Under the pieces are notes generated by a model that was not told the origin of the DNA, did not search any database, and was given only the letters and a program-made list of their open reading frames with translations. From NCBI GenBank assembly GCA_043754515.1, contig JAYUUO010000264.1:1-24636 (forward strand): DNA of 24,636 bases. The letters run 5' to 3'. The position numbers and the translations under genes were made by a program. Positions 8,540 through 16,886 of the stretch are shown here, in pieces (position 1 is the stretch's first letter; every line of letters begins with the position of its first letter). The DNA is from Armatimonadota bacterium. GTDB lineage: Bacteria > Armatimonadota > Armatimonadia > Armatimonadales > Armatimonadaceae.

Positions 8540-9331
8540 ATGTCTTCCATACCCAAACTCTCAATCCTTGTCGTTTGTGTCGGTCTGGTGCTCGCTATCT
8601 ACCGTGCTTCTCTAGTTTCCCGGCCCCCCGCGGCGGCGACGGCGTCGCCCCCCGTCAGCGATGGGCACGGCAAGGGGGGGCTTGTTCGATAATAGTAAGC
8701 GGGTTTACTACAACATCAACCGGGCGCAAGGCCACATGGAAGCACTCTCCCAACAGGAGAGCGGACTCGCCGTTGCTGACGGCGCGTTCCGTGTACATAT
8801 AGACTCAACGAGCAAGCAGATATTTGATGTCGGCATGAGCTGTCACTTCAATACGGTACGCTTCGAGCAGGGCGAGAAGGTTCACTCCCATTTCAAGGCG
8901 CGGTCGAAGTCGGCCAACTTGATCGCCGTGATTATGCAGAAGGACAGGGCACTCGAATATAAGCCGTGCTGGACGAAGTTCCTGGTGCTCAAACCCGAGT
9001 GGGAGACTCATGATAGGAGTTACGCTGTTGGCGGTTTCGGATGCCCGGATCTGTCCGTCCCACCCGCAAGCGGGTACCCGACGTCCGGCTACGAAGTAGC
9101 CTGGACAGGCAACCGTCAAAACAAGTTTTGACTGTACTTGTTTTGCCGATGACATGGGTTTCAACCCGCGTTCTTAACGAACCGCGTAACTCCTATCATG
9201 AGCATACGTTCGCGGCGGACCATTACGAGCCGACCGAGGCGATGATAGGTTTTAAGTTAGGGCAGTCTCAAGGAACCGTTGACGTCGCCGATGTGACGCT
9301 CACGCGGGTGCCGCCGGGGCCATGGCCATGA
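8540..9331 (+). pseudogene. Membrane-anchored CBM4/9-like carbohydrate-binding-domain protein, paralog 1 (frameshift plus MITE insertion)
   Basis: MSSIPKLSILVVCVGLVLAIYR N-terminus; frameshift at or near the G7 run 8674-8680; MITE at 9014-9195. The repaired frame is collinear with 10231-10863 (FKARS, EYKPCWTKFL, PEW, TFAAD.YEP, GTVD...VTL). Confidence 0.85.
9014..9195 (+). mobile_element. MITE-like element, copy 2 (complete, 182 bp)
   Basis: Perfect 12-bp TIR TAGGAGTTACGC/GCGTAACTCCTA; flanking direct repeat TCATGA (9008-9013, 9196-9201); no transposase ORF. Confidence 0.9.
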
Positions 9332-9350
9332 TGGGAAGGATCACACCGAG

Positions 9351-10184
9351 ATGAAACCGCTTCTGAAGTCCGCCCTGCGCGAGGACGTTAATATACTATC
9401 GCTTGCCACCGCCGCCGCGCTGTCTCTCGCGCTACTAAGTCCCGTGCCGGTTTTAGTCGCCTTTGTCGCCGAGGCGGCGTATCTGATGTACGTGCCGGAC
9501 GCGGCGTGGTACGCCGTGCGCGTCCGACGTTGCCAGGACGCGGCGCGGCTAGCCCGCCGCGCCCGGTCGCAACGTGACATCTTCCCGCAACTGTACGAGG
9601 CGAGCCGCGAGCAATACCTACGCCTGGAGGCCCAACGCGTCATGTTGGGCGTTCAAGCGCAGGCCGAAGACGATAAAGACGCGTTCGTGTTGATGAGCAG
9701 GCTGGACGATCTACTCGACCTGCTGTTACAGGTGTCCGCGAAAGCGTCGTCGCTACCGCTGGAGCGGATCATGGCGGGCGACAAGATGGTGGCGGAGGCG
9801 GAGCTACCCGAACAAGGCTTGTTCCAGCATTTCGAGCGCGAGGCGGAAGCTCTGCGCGAGATGGCGCAACGCGAAACGCGCGTGGAGCACCGCCAGGTAC
9901 TCAACAAGGGGGTCGTCTCGCTGGAGCGCGAGGGCGACCAGATCGCTTTACAGGGTTATCACGCCTACACGGCGCAGTTCCTGCTCGACTCCGCCGAGTC
10001 GCTGATCGGCGACGCGGAGCGACTCCTGACGCGGATAACGGTGGCTATGGAGGGCGATGATCGTGCCGGGCGAGACGCGGCGCGGGCCGATACCGAGGAT
10101 CTGATTGCTTCCGCGCGCTCGATCTCCGAGCGACTCTCGAAATGGCTGGAGGCGGAAAAAGAGCAGGCAACCCAGTCGGCCTGA
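9351..10184 (+). CDS. Hypothetical protein with an N-terminal membrane hairpin and a helical/coiled-coil body
   Basis: 277-aa ORF with RBS GGAAGGA; hydrophobic ILSLATAAALSLALLSPVPVLVAFVAEAAYL followed by E/R/A/L-rich sequence. Confidence 0.75.
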   Translation: MKPLLKSALREDVNILSLATAAALSLALLSPVPVLVAFVAEAAYLMYVPDAAWYAVRVRRCQDAARLARRARSQRDIFPQLYEASREQYLRLEAQRVMLGVQAQAEDDKDAFVLMSRLDDLLDLLLQVSAKASSLPLERIMAGDKMVAEAELPEQGLFQHFEREAEALREMAQRETRVEHRQVLNKGVVSLEREGDQIALQGYHAYTAQFLLDSAESLIGDAERLLTRITVAMEGDDRAGRDAARADTEDLIASARSISERLSKWLEAEKEQATQSA

Positions 10185-10230
10185 TCCCGCGCCGTACTGC
10201 CCTCGCGCGAGACGCGAACGGAATATATCT

Positions 10231-10863
10231 ATGTCCCCCATCACCAAAGTATCCACAGTTATCGTCTGTATCGGCGCCGCCCTAGGAATCTACCACCTGG
10301 CGACGCCGAAGCGCGTCCCAATCGCGGTGGCCCCCCCGGCCATCGCCGTCAGCACGCCCGCCTCTCCTCCCGCTACCGCGCATCCGTCCCCCGCCAATTT
10401 GTTACCGGTCAGCACTTCTTTCTATACGATCAATGGTGCCATGTCGAAGAAAGAGGACCTACCGCTGGAGGCCGCCGGATCGGCCGACGCACCCGGTGCC
10501 TTCCGGGTTTCGACCACTAAAACCACCCGGCAGATATATGACGTCGGCCTGACCTATCCTCTGGTGGATGTGGCGTTCAAAAAGGGGAAACTTGTCACGG
10601 CGCGGTTCAAGGCGCGGTCCCCGTCCGCCGCCATGATAGTCATACAGATGCAGAGCAACATCGCGCCTGAGTACAAGCCCTGTTGGACCAAGTTCCTCAC
10701 GTTGTCGCCGGAATGGGCTGCGTGTGAGTACACATTCGCAGCGGATAGGTATGAGCCGAACCAGGGCGTCTTCTCCATCAAGTTCGGGTAATCTCCCGGC
10801 ACGGTAGACTTAGCGGGGGTGACATTGTCCCGTGCCGGGAAGGACGCCGTGCTCGCCCCCTAA
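10231..10863 (+). pseudogene. Membrane-anchored CBM4/9-like protein, paralog 2, with premature TAA at 10789-10791
   Basis: KFG*SPGTVDLAGVTLSR aligns to paralog 1 KLGQSQGTVDVADVTLTR, so the stop replaces Gln; the frame continues to TAA 10861-10863. Confidence 0.8.
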
Positions 10864-10970
10864 CCCAGGTATGCGGGACGAGAGCGGAGCAACTTTGACC
10901 GGCTGACGCGGGTCGAGTAAGCGGACACCGTGCGATTCGCGAAAGCGGCGGCATGAAGGAGAGCGATTAT

Positions 10971-12179
10971 ATGAAACCTATCGGACGGCTCATTGTTTTT
11001 CTACTGGTGGCGGGGCTCGCGTTCGGCGCGTGGCGGATATACCAGGGCACGGCTGGTAAAACACCGGCGACCGCCTTCGGGGGCGGCGCGTCACCCGGCG
11101 GCGATCCGGGCGCGGGCGGTACGTCCGGTGGCGGCGCGGCCCCGCGCGGCAACGGCACCCCGCTCATTCTGATCACCTCCGCGACCAAAAAGGGCTGGCT
11201 TGAAGCGCAGGTCGAACGGTTCAACGCCGAAAAGGGCGGTAACGTCCAGATCAAGTATCTCGAAACCCGCGACACGTTGCAGGCGATCATCAACGGCAAG
11301 GAGAAGCCGGTGCTTTGGAGTCCCAGTTCCCCGGTCTGGGCGACGGGCCTCGCGCAGGGTTGGGCGACGAAGCACGGCGGCGCGCCCTTGATCAACGACA
11401 GCGACCCGAACACGTACCGCCTCTACCTGCGCACGCCGCTCGTTTTCGTGACCACCCGACAAAAGGCGGGCTTCCTGCGCCCGCTCCTCTCTGGCTCGCA
11501 GGCGTGGACGAACCTCGCTGATTTGGATGCCGGGCGCAAGAAAATACCGGGACTCACGCGCCCGTTCGTTTGGGCGCACGCCGACCCGGTGAAGTCGAAC
11601 AGTGGGTTTCTGACACTCGGTCTGCTCCTCGATTCCTACGTCCAGAGCACGAACGGCGCGACTACGGCGGAGCAGGCGGCGGTCAGCGCGGGCTTCGCGG
11701 GATACCTGCGGCGGGCGGAGGCGACGATGCCGGTGGACGCGGCGGTGCGCGAAGGATCGTCCGCGCTCCTGAAGGCGTTTCTAGCCGACCCGAACCACTA
11801 CGACGTGATAACAGCCTACGAATCGTCCGCTCTCGAAGCGGCGGGAAAATACCCCGATCTGGTGGTGCTGTACCCGAACCCGACCGTGGTCTCCGAACAG
11901 GCGGTGGTGGTGCTGAATGCCGACTGGGTGACGCCCGCGCAGAAGGAGCAGGCCGCCGCGCTCCTAACGTTCCTCGGCACGGAAGACTCTCTGCGCGAGG
12001 GAGTCAACAGCCACTTCCGCCCGCAACGGCAGACCGCCAGCGTTTCGCTAACGCCGGAACTGTCCCGGCGGCGGGCGCAGGGCTTCCAGGACACCTTCAC
12101 TTCATCGGAGGTGCCGTCCTACGACGCGCTAAACAACGCGACCGCGCAGTGGAATCAGGTCATCGCTAAGAGGAAGTGA
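10971..12179 (+). CDS. Extracellular solute-binding protein (resembles the SBP_bac_11 type usually paired with vWA proteins)
   Basis: RBS AAGGAG; N-terminal TM/signal and Gly-rich linker; motifs PVLWSPSS, TPLVF, HADPVKSNSG, YES, YPNPT. Confidence 0.8.
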   Translation: MKPIGRLIVFLLVAGLAFGAWRIYQGTAGKTPATAFGGGASPGGDPGAGGTSGGGAAPRGNGTPLILITSATKKGWLEAQVERFNAEKGGNVQIKYLETRDTLQAIINGKEKPVLWSPSSPVWATGLAQGWATKHGGAPLINDSDPNTYRLYLRTPLVFVTTRQKAGFLRPLLSGSQAWTNLADLDAGRKKIPGLTRPFVWAHADPVKSNSGFLTLGLLLDSYVQSTNGATTAEQAAVSAGFAGYLRRAEATMPVDAAVREGSSALLKAFLADPNHYDVITAYESSALEAAGKYPDLVVLYPNPTVVSEQAVVVLNADWVTPAQKEQAAALLTFLGTEDSLREGVNSHFRPQRQTASVSLTPELSRRRAQGFQDTFTSSEVPSYDALNNATAQWNQVIAKRK

Positions 12180-12229
12180 GTGTCGCGGTATCCGTCTTGC
12201 CGCGACACCGCCTCCGGGCGTCAATTATT

Positions 12230-13315
12230 ATGGCAACTGTATCCGAAACCATGGCGGCCCTCGACGCGCTCGCGCCGCCGTACCTCTGCATGGAAAATGA
12301 CCCGCGCGGCCTGTTGATCGGCGACCCGGACGCGACAGTGTCGCGACTCGCGGTGTGCCTCGATGTGACCCCGGCGGTCGCGGACGAGGCAGTTAGGCGC
12401 GGCGCGAACATGATCGTCGCGCACCACCCACTGATTTACCAACCGCTCAAGCGAATCGTCGCCGACGAACCGCACCCCGGCGGTGTCGTACTTTCCTGCA
12501 TCCGTGCCGGTGTCGCGGTCGCGTGCGCGCACACCAACTGGGACGTCGCGGAGGGCGGCATCAACGACGTGCTGGCGGGGCTACTCGGTCTGTCAAACAC
12601 GCGCCCCGCGCAGGTGACCTACCGCGAGGCGTTGGCGAATATCACCTTATATGTCCCGCTTGCGAACCGCGAAGCCGTCCGGGACGCCATGGCGGACGCG
12701 GGCGCGGGCTTTCTCACCGGCTCGCTTTACGACCGGTGCGGCTTTTGGGGCGAGGGGACGGGCACGTTCCGACCGCTCCTGGGCGCGGTCCCGCATATCG
12801 GCACCGTCGGCAAGCCCGAGTTCGTGACCGAGAACCGACTGGAGACGATTCTGCCCGCGCACGCCGTTCCCGCCGTGCTCGCCGCGATGCGAAAGGCACA
12901 CCCGTACCAGGAGATCGCCTACAATGTCTTCCCACTCACGAACACCGGCAAAGAACACGGCCTCGGGCGGATCGGCACGCTAACAGAACCGCTCCCTGCC
13001 GCCGACTTTTTAGCCCATGTCAAAGCCGCGCTCGGCTTCGACGCCGTGCGGATGCGCGGCCCCATAGGTCGTCTCGTACGGACGGTCGCGGTCGGCGGCG
13101 GTGCCTGCGCGTTCCTAATGCCCGACGCGATTCGGGTGGGCGCGGACGCCCTGGTGACGTCCGACGTGCGGCACCACGAGTACGTGGACGCCGAATCGCG
13201 CGGCTTCCTCCTACTCGATGCCGGACACGCCCAGACGGAAACGCCAGGCACGCGAGAACTGGCGCAGCGTCTGCAAGAGCGGCTACCGGGCGTCGTGGTA
13301 GACTTTTTGGCGTGA
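12230..13315 (+). CDS. Nif3-like dinuclear metal centre protein (YqfO type, with central PII-like insert)
   Basis: D..GLLIGD, CLDVT, AHHPLIY, HTNWD, AHPYQEIAY, TSDVRHH, DAGHAQTE motifs. Confidence 0.92.
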   Translation: MATVSETMAALDALAPPYLCMENDPRGLLIGDPDATVSRLAVCLDVTPAVADEAVRRGANMIVAHHPLIYQPLKRIVADEPHPGGVVLSCIRAGVAVACAHTNWDVAEGGINDVLAGLLGLSNTRPAQVTYREALANITLYVPLANREAVRDAMADAGAGFLTGSLYDRCGFWGEGTGTFRPLLGAVPHIGTVGKPEFVTENRLETILPAHAVPAVLAAMRKAHPYQEIAYNVFPLTNTGKEHGLGRIGTLTEPLPAADFLAHVKAALGFDAVRMRGPIGRLVRTVAVGGGACAFLMPDAIRVGADALVTSDVRHHEYVDAESRGFLLLDAGHAQTETPGTRELAQRLQERLPGVVVDFLA

Positions 13316-13404
13316 CGGGATAGCCGGTGGCGGGAGGCCAGACGAGCGAAGCCTCGCACCAACGCCGATGTAGTGCGTCTCCCCCCAAGCAAACTCCCCG
13401 CCCC

Positions 13405-14244
13405 CTACCGCGCGACCGTCTCCCCCGTGCGCCCGATGGGCACGAAGCGCGGGCGGCGGGCGACGCCGAAGTTCGGCGGGCGCGGCGGTGTCGGTGTCGC
13501 GCCGATCTTGTCGCCGCCGACCACGGGGTAGATCAGCCGGTCGGGACGCTCCCACCAGCCCGGCTCGTTCGTGGCGTGGTTCGTGACGCGCCCTCCCGCC
13601 CCGATTTCGCACGCCACCTCCGCGACCACGATGGGGCGCTGCGTCGCCAGTAGGTCCCCGCCGAGGTCGAATACGCCCCGCTCGTACGATCCCTGGCCCT
13701 GCGCCATCAGCGAGTCCCGGTCGAACGCGCCGAGCATCGCTCATACCGTCACACCGCGCACCTCCGCGCCGTCATCCCGCGCCGCGAGCGCGGAGTCCCA
13801 GACGTATCGGAGCCAGCGCGCCTGCTCGAACTCACAGTCGCACCCGAGATGAACCTCGGTGACAGTGACTGGGATTTGATAGCGGCTGTACGCCTCCAGG
13901 ATCAGGGTGCGCGGTTCCGCGAGGAGCCCGTCTCCTGAAACGCGCACCGCTTCGATGTCCGCGTATCGCTTGTGGCTGTTATCCCCGTGTGTGTGGGCCG
14001 GATACCAGTTCATCAGCTCGTCCGTCCACCGCCAATCGGCATCCGATAGGTTGCCGGTCGGACAGACCCTCTCCCACGAGACAGGGTAGCGCACCGTGGT
14101 CACGCCGAGTCCCGCCACCGCGTCGAGATCACCTATTCGTTCCGTATGCCCACAGGCGCGGAACTGGTCATAGAAGTCGTCGCCCAGGCGCGCTAGCGAA
14201 CATTCTAACCCGCCCCAGAGCGCGGGATATTGTTGTCGTTTCAA
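13405..14244 (-). pseudogene. GH1-like glycoside hydrolase remnant of the family found with glf and glycosyltransferase genes
   Basis: LWGGLECS, RYPVSWE, YADIEAVRV, VTEVHLGC, GWWERPDRL motifs; large internal deletion near 14010-14025; TGA at 13741-13743 at an expected Trp (VTV*AMLGAFD). Confidence 0.8.
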
Positions 14245-14277
14245 AAGTGTGTCCCCCTTAACTGGCTCGGGGCGTCA

Positions 14278-15463
14278 TTACCCATGACCCGAAGTGCCGA
14301 TATGGGCACTACTTTTTTCCACCGTCGCGTCGAGTAGTCCCGCCATTCGCGCGACTATATTGTCCCAGGTGTTCGCCTCGGCGTACCGGTCGCCCCGCTC
14401 GAGGCGCGCGGCGTCACCGTCAGATAACGCATCTTCACACGCCTTGGCAAACGCTTCGGGCGTGTCCGCCACGCGGGCCGTGTCGCTGTAATGCTCCACG
14501 ATGTCTGGAATCGGTGTGGATACTACGGGCCTTCGCGCGGCATAATACTCCAGCGTTTTCGTCGGGGAAAGGAAACGCGTCGTGTCCGAGAGCGCGAACG
14601 GGACCAGGGTTACGTCCGCGCCCTCTAAATAGCCGGGTAACTGCTCATAAGAACGTTGCCCCGTGTAGTAAATGTTACGCCGCCGGAGCAGATCCGCCTC
14701 CGTAATTTTGGCTAAGGCACCTAACATCACGATGCTCCAGTCGGGGTGCGCGTCCGCGACCGCCGCGAGGTTGTCCCAGCCCATCCGCTCGTCAATCACG
14801 CCGTAGTAGAGCAGGCGCGGCTCCGGCAATCTCGCCATATCCTCAGGGATTATCGTCGCCGGGTCTAACGTCTGGCGGAAATGCGCGATGTCTATGCCGC
14901 TGTTGAACTGATGCACATTCGCGTGTATGCCCTTCCGCGCGGCATACAGGGACGGCCCCCCGGTGAACATCACGTCGCTCGCTGTCATCAGTTCCGCCTC
15001 CTTCGCCTTGAGCGATGGGGGGCGTTTTTGAAGCTTCCCAGTTCATCCACACAGTCGTAGCAGACGGTGAGCGGGTCGTACATGCGCCGCGCCCCGATAG
15101 CGGCGGGCGTGTAAAACCAGTGAACGAGATGCTCCCAGCACGGATTACTCGCGCGGAGTCCAGCGATCAGTGCGTCCAGTGGCCGCGTCCACGCCGCCCC
15201 ATTTTCTTCGTCAATCAGCGCGTCCGCCCCCGCGCCGCCGGTGTACGGCTTCAGCATGGGCGTCGCCACCAGCAGATGCGGCGTCACCGCGCCTGCTCCA
15301 GTCGTGGCTCGGTCTCGCCTTCCGGGAGCGGCAGGGCGTCCTCCAGGAAGACGACCGGATGCCGTTCCGAGAGCCGACTCATCACGTGTTGCGGACGTTG
15401 CCACACGAAGTTCCAGCGCAGGTGGCAATGCACCATAATCCCATAGGAGGGCGTGGCACCCAT
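14278..15463 (-). pseudogene. GT-B fold glycosyltransferase, frameshifted
   Basis: HLRWNFVWQRPQHVMSR, then WFYTP / YDCVDEL, then FTGGPSLY / YYGVIDER / FLSPTKTLEY occur in changing frames; shifts near 15290 and in the C6 run at 15017-15022, possibly also near the start. Confidence 0.85.
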
Positions 15464-15466
15464 GGG

Positions 15467-15991
15467 TTACCGGTCTTCCCCTACACCAACCGGAACCGAC
15501 TTGACGTTCGCGACCACGCCGCTTCGCGCCCTCATGGGGACGGTCACCGTCGCCAGCGAGGGGGCTATCACCGTCGCGGGCGTCGGCTTCAGCCCCGCGC
15601 GCAGTAGATCGCTTACTGGGAGCGGCGCGTCTACCGTGGTACGCGCGGCGTCCCGCTTGCCGGTTATCTTGTCGAACGTCGCGAGTGCCTGCCCGACGAC
15701 CTGATCCATATTATAGTACTCACACGATTAACACCGTCTTACCGGCCTGCGAGGCGAACCGCTCCACGAGAACACTGCCCGCGAAGCCGGCACCGACTAT
15801 CAAGTAATAGGAGTTACGTGGTTCGTTAAGAACGCGGGTTGAAACCCACGTCATCGGCAAAACAAGTACAGCCAAAACTTGTTTTGACGATTGCCTGTCC
15901 AGACTACTTCGTAGCCGGACGTCGGGTACCCGCTTGCGGGTGGGACGGATGGATTTTGGCGTCGCAAACGCGCAACTCCTATCAGTGCCAT
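15467..15991 (-). pseudogene. glf: UDP-galactopyranose mutase remnant
   Basis: N-terminal YLIVGAGFAGSVLVERFASQAGKTVLIV abuts, out of frame near 15720, the C-terminal YYNMDQVVGQAL; the MITE sits 10 nt after ATG 15991 (RBS GAGGA). Confidence 0.85.
15808..15981 (-). mobile_element. MITE-like element, copy 3 (174 bp, inverted)
   Basis: TIRs TAGGAGTTGCGC / ACGTAACTCCTA; body nearly identical to 9054-9195. Confidence 0.88.
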
Positions 15992-16054
15992 AAGGTTCCT
16001 CGGTGTATTCTACGGCGTCCCCGTCGCCGACGCCGACGCGCCAGTCGCCATGTT

Positions 16055-16699
16055 CTACGGCTTGCCCGCCGCCCACGCTGCCGTCACAGTACGCAACGTC
16101 GGGAGCGGCGTCTGCCATAGCCACGCGACCGTGAGCCAGAAGCCGGATAGCACCGCGCTTTCGTAGTTGCCGTTCGCGTCGTGCATTCGCGCGGCGTATT
16201 TGCCTGTCAGAGAGTCGCGGACGTAAAACTCTGCCGTTCGGATCGCCGGATCAACTATCCAGTATTCGGTGACGCCGCAGGTTTCGTACTCGGCGAACTT
16301 AATCTGCCGGTCGCGCTCCTCGCTCTCGGGCGACACGATCTCAATGGCGAGGTCGGCGGGGCCGTCCAGGTAGTTCGGCAGGATGCGGACGACGTTCCGC
16401 GTCAGCACTACCGCGACATCCGGCTCGCGCCCCCGGTTCACCGCTTGCAGACGCATCTGGAACGGGGCGTAGATCACCCGCCCCGTTCCGCTGTCCTCGG
16501 TAAATGTTCTCAGAAGCGTCACCAGAAACGCGCCGATTTCGGTGTGTGTATAGCTGACCAAAGAATCCCGCCTCCGTATCTTGCCGCCTTCCCACTCCGC
16601 AAACTCGCCCTCGGTCTGCCGCAAGAACTCATCATAGGTCACGTGCGCGGGTGACGTGACGTTCCCGTCCGCGCTCTTCGCCCAAATTGCCGTCGCCAT
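16055..16699 (-). CDS. Uma2 (DUF820) family putative endonuclease, different subfamily from the tandem pair
   Basis: AEWEGG, REPDV, GPADLAIEIVSPES..RD..IKFAEY...GVTEYWIVDP motifs. Confidence 0.9.
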   Translation of the reverse strand: MATAIWAKSADGNVTSPAHVTYDEFLRQTEGEFAEWEGGKIRRRDSLVSYTHTEIGAFLVTLLRTFTEDSGTGRVIYAPFQMRLQAVNRGREPDVAVVLTRNVVRILPNYLDGPADLAIEIVSPESEERDRQIKFAEYETCGVTEYWIVDPAIRTAEFYVRDSLTGKYAARMHDANGNYESAVLSGFWLTVAWLWQTPLPTLRTVTAAWAAGKP

Positions 16700-16886
16700 C
16701 GGTTCCGCTCCCTTCTGTTTTTCTGTTTGTGTAGTCGCTACTTCGTTATCGGCGTATCGTCGTTTCTATTCGCCGGCGGACAGCGGGCGCATAAACGCCG
16801 GGCGCTATGTCTTCCAACGCGTGCGTAGCTCCGTCATCCGTGCCCGGTACACATCCGGCGGGTCGGTGGCGGGCCTCCCCGTCCCT

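Noticed and set aside
9007..9202. 19-bp TIR CTCATGATAGGAGTTACGC
   Set aside because: The extension arises because the duplicated target TCATGA is palindromic; it is absent in copies 1 and 3.
5062..13743. Stop-codon reassignment or programmed readthrough explaining the in-frame stops
   Set aside because: All three stop types are involved, and the same codons terminate intact genes normally in this window.
1..15981. CRISPR repeats (GTTTCAACCC / GGGTTGAAAC resembles CRISPR repeat ends)
   Set aside because: The occurrences are kilobases apart, inside MITE copies or a solo hairpin; there is no spacer array and no cas gene.
15720..16124. ORF-track proteins spanning the MITE (also 9041-9331, 8805-9164, 15839-16120)
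   Set aside because: The shared peptide text is just the translated repeat fused by chance to broken gene parts; no transposase motifs.
16700..16886. Possible gene remnant between argJ and Uma2 (DVYRARMTELRTRWKT*RPAFMR)
   Set aside because: Too short and no reliable family motif; cannot be supported without a search.
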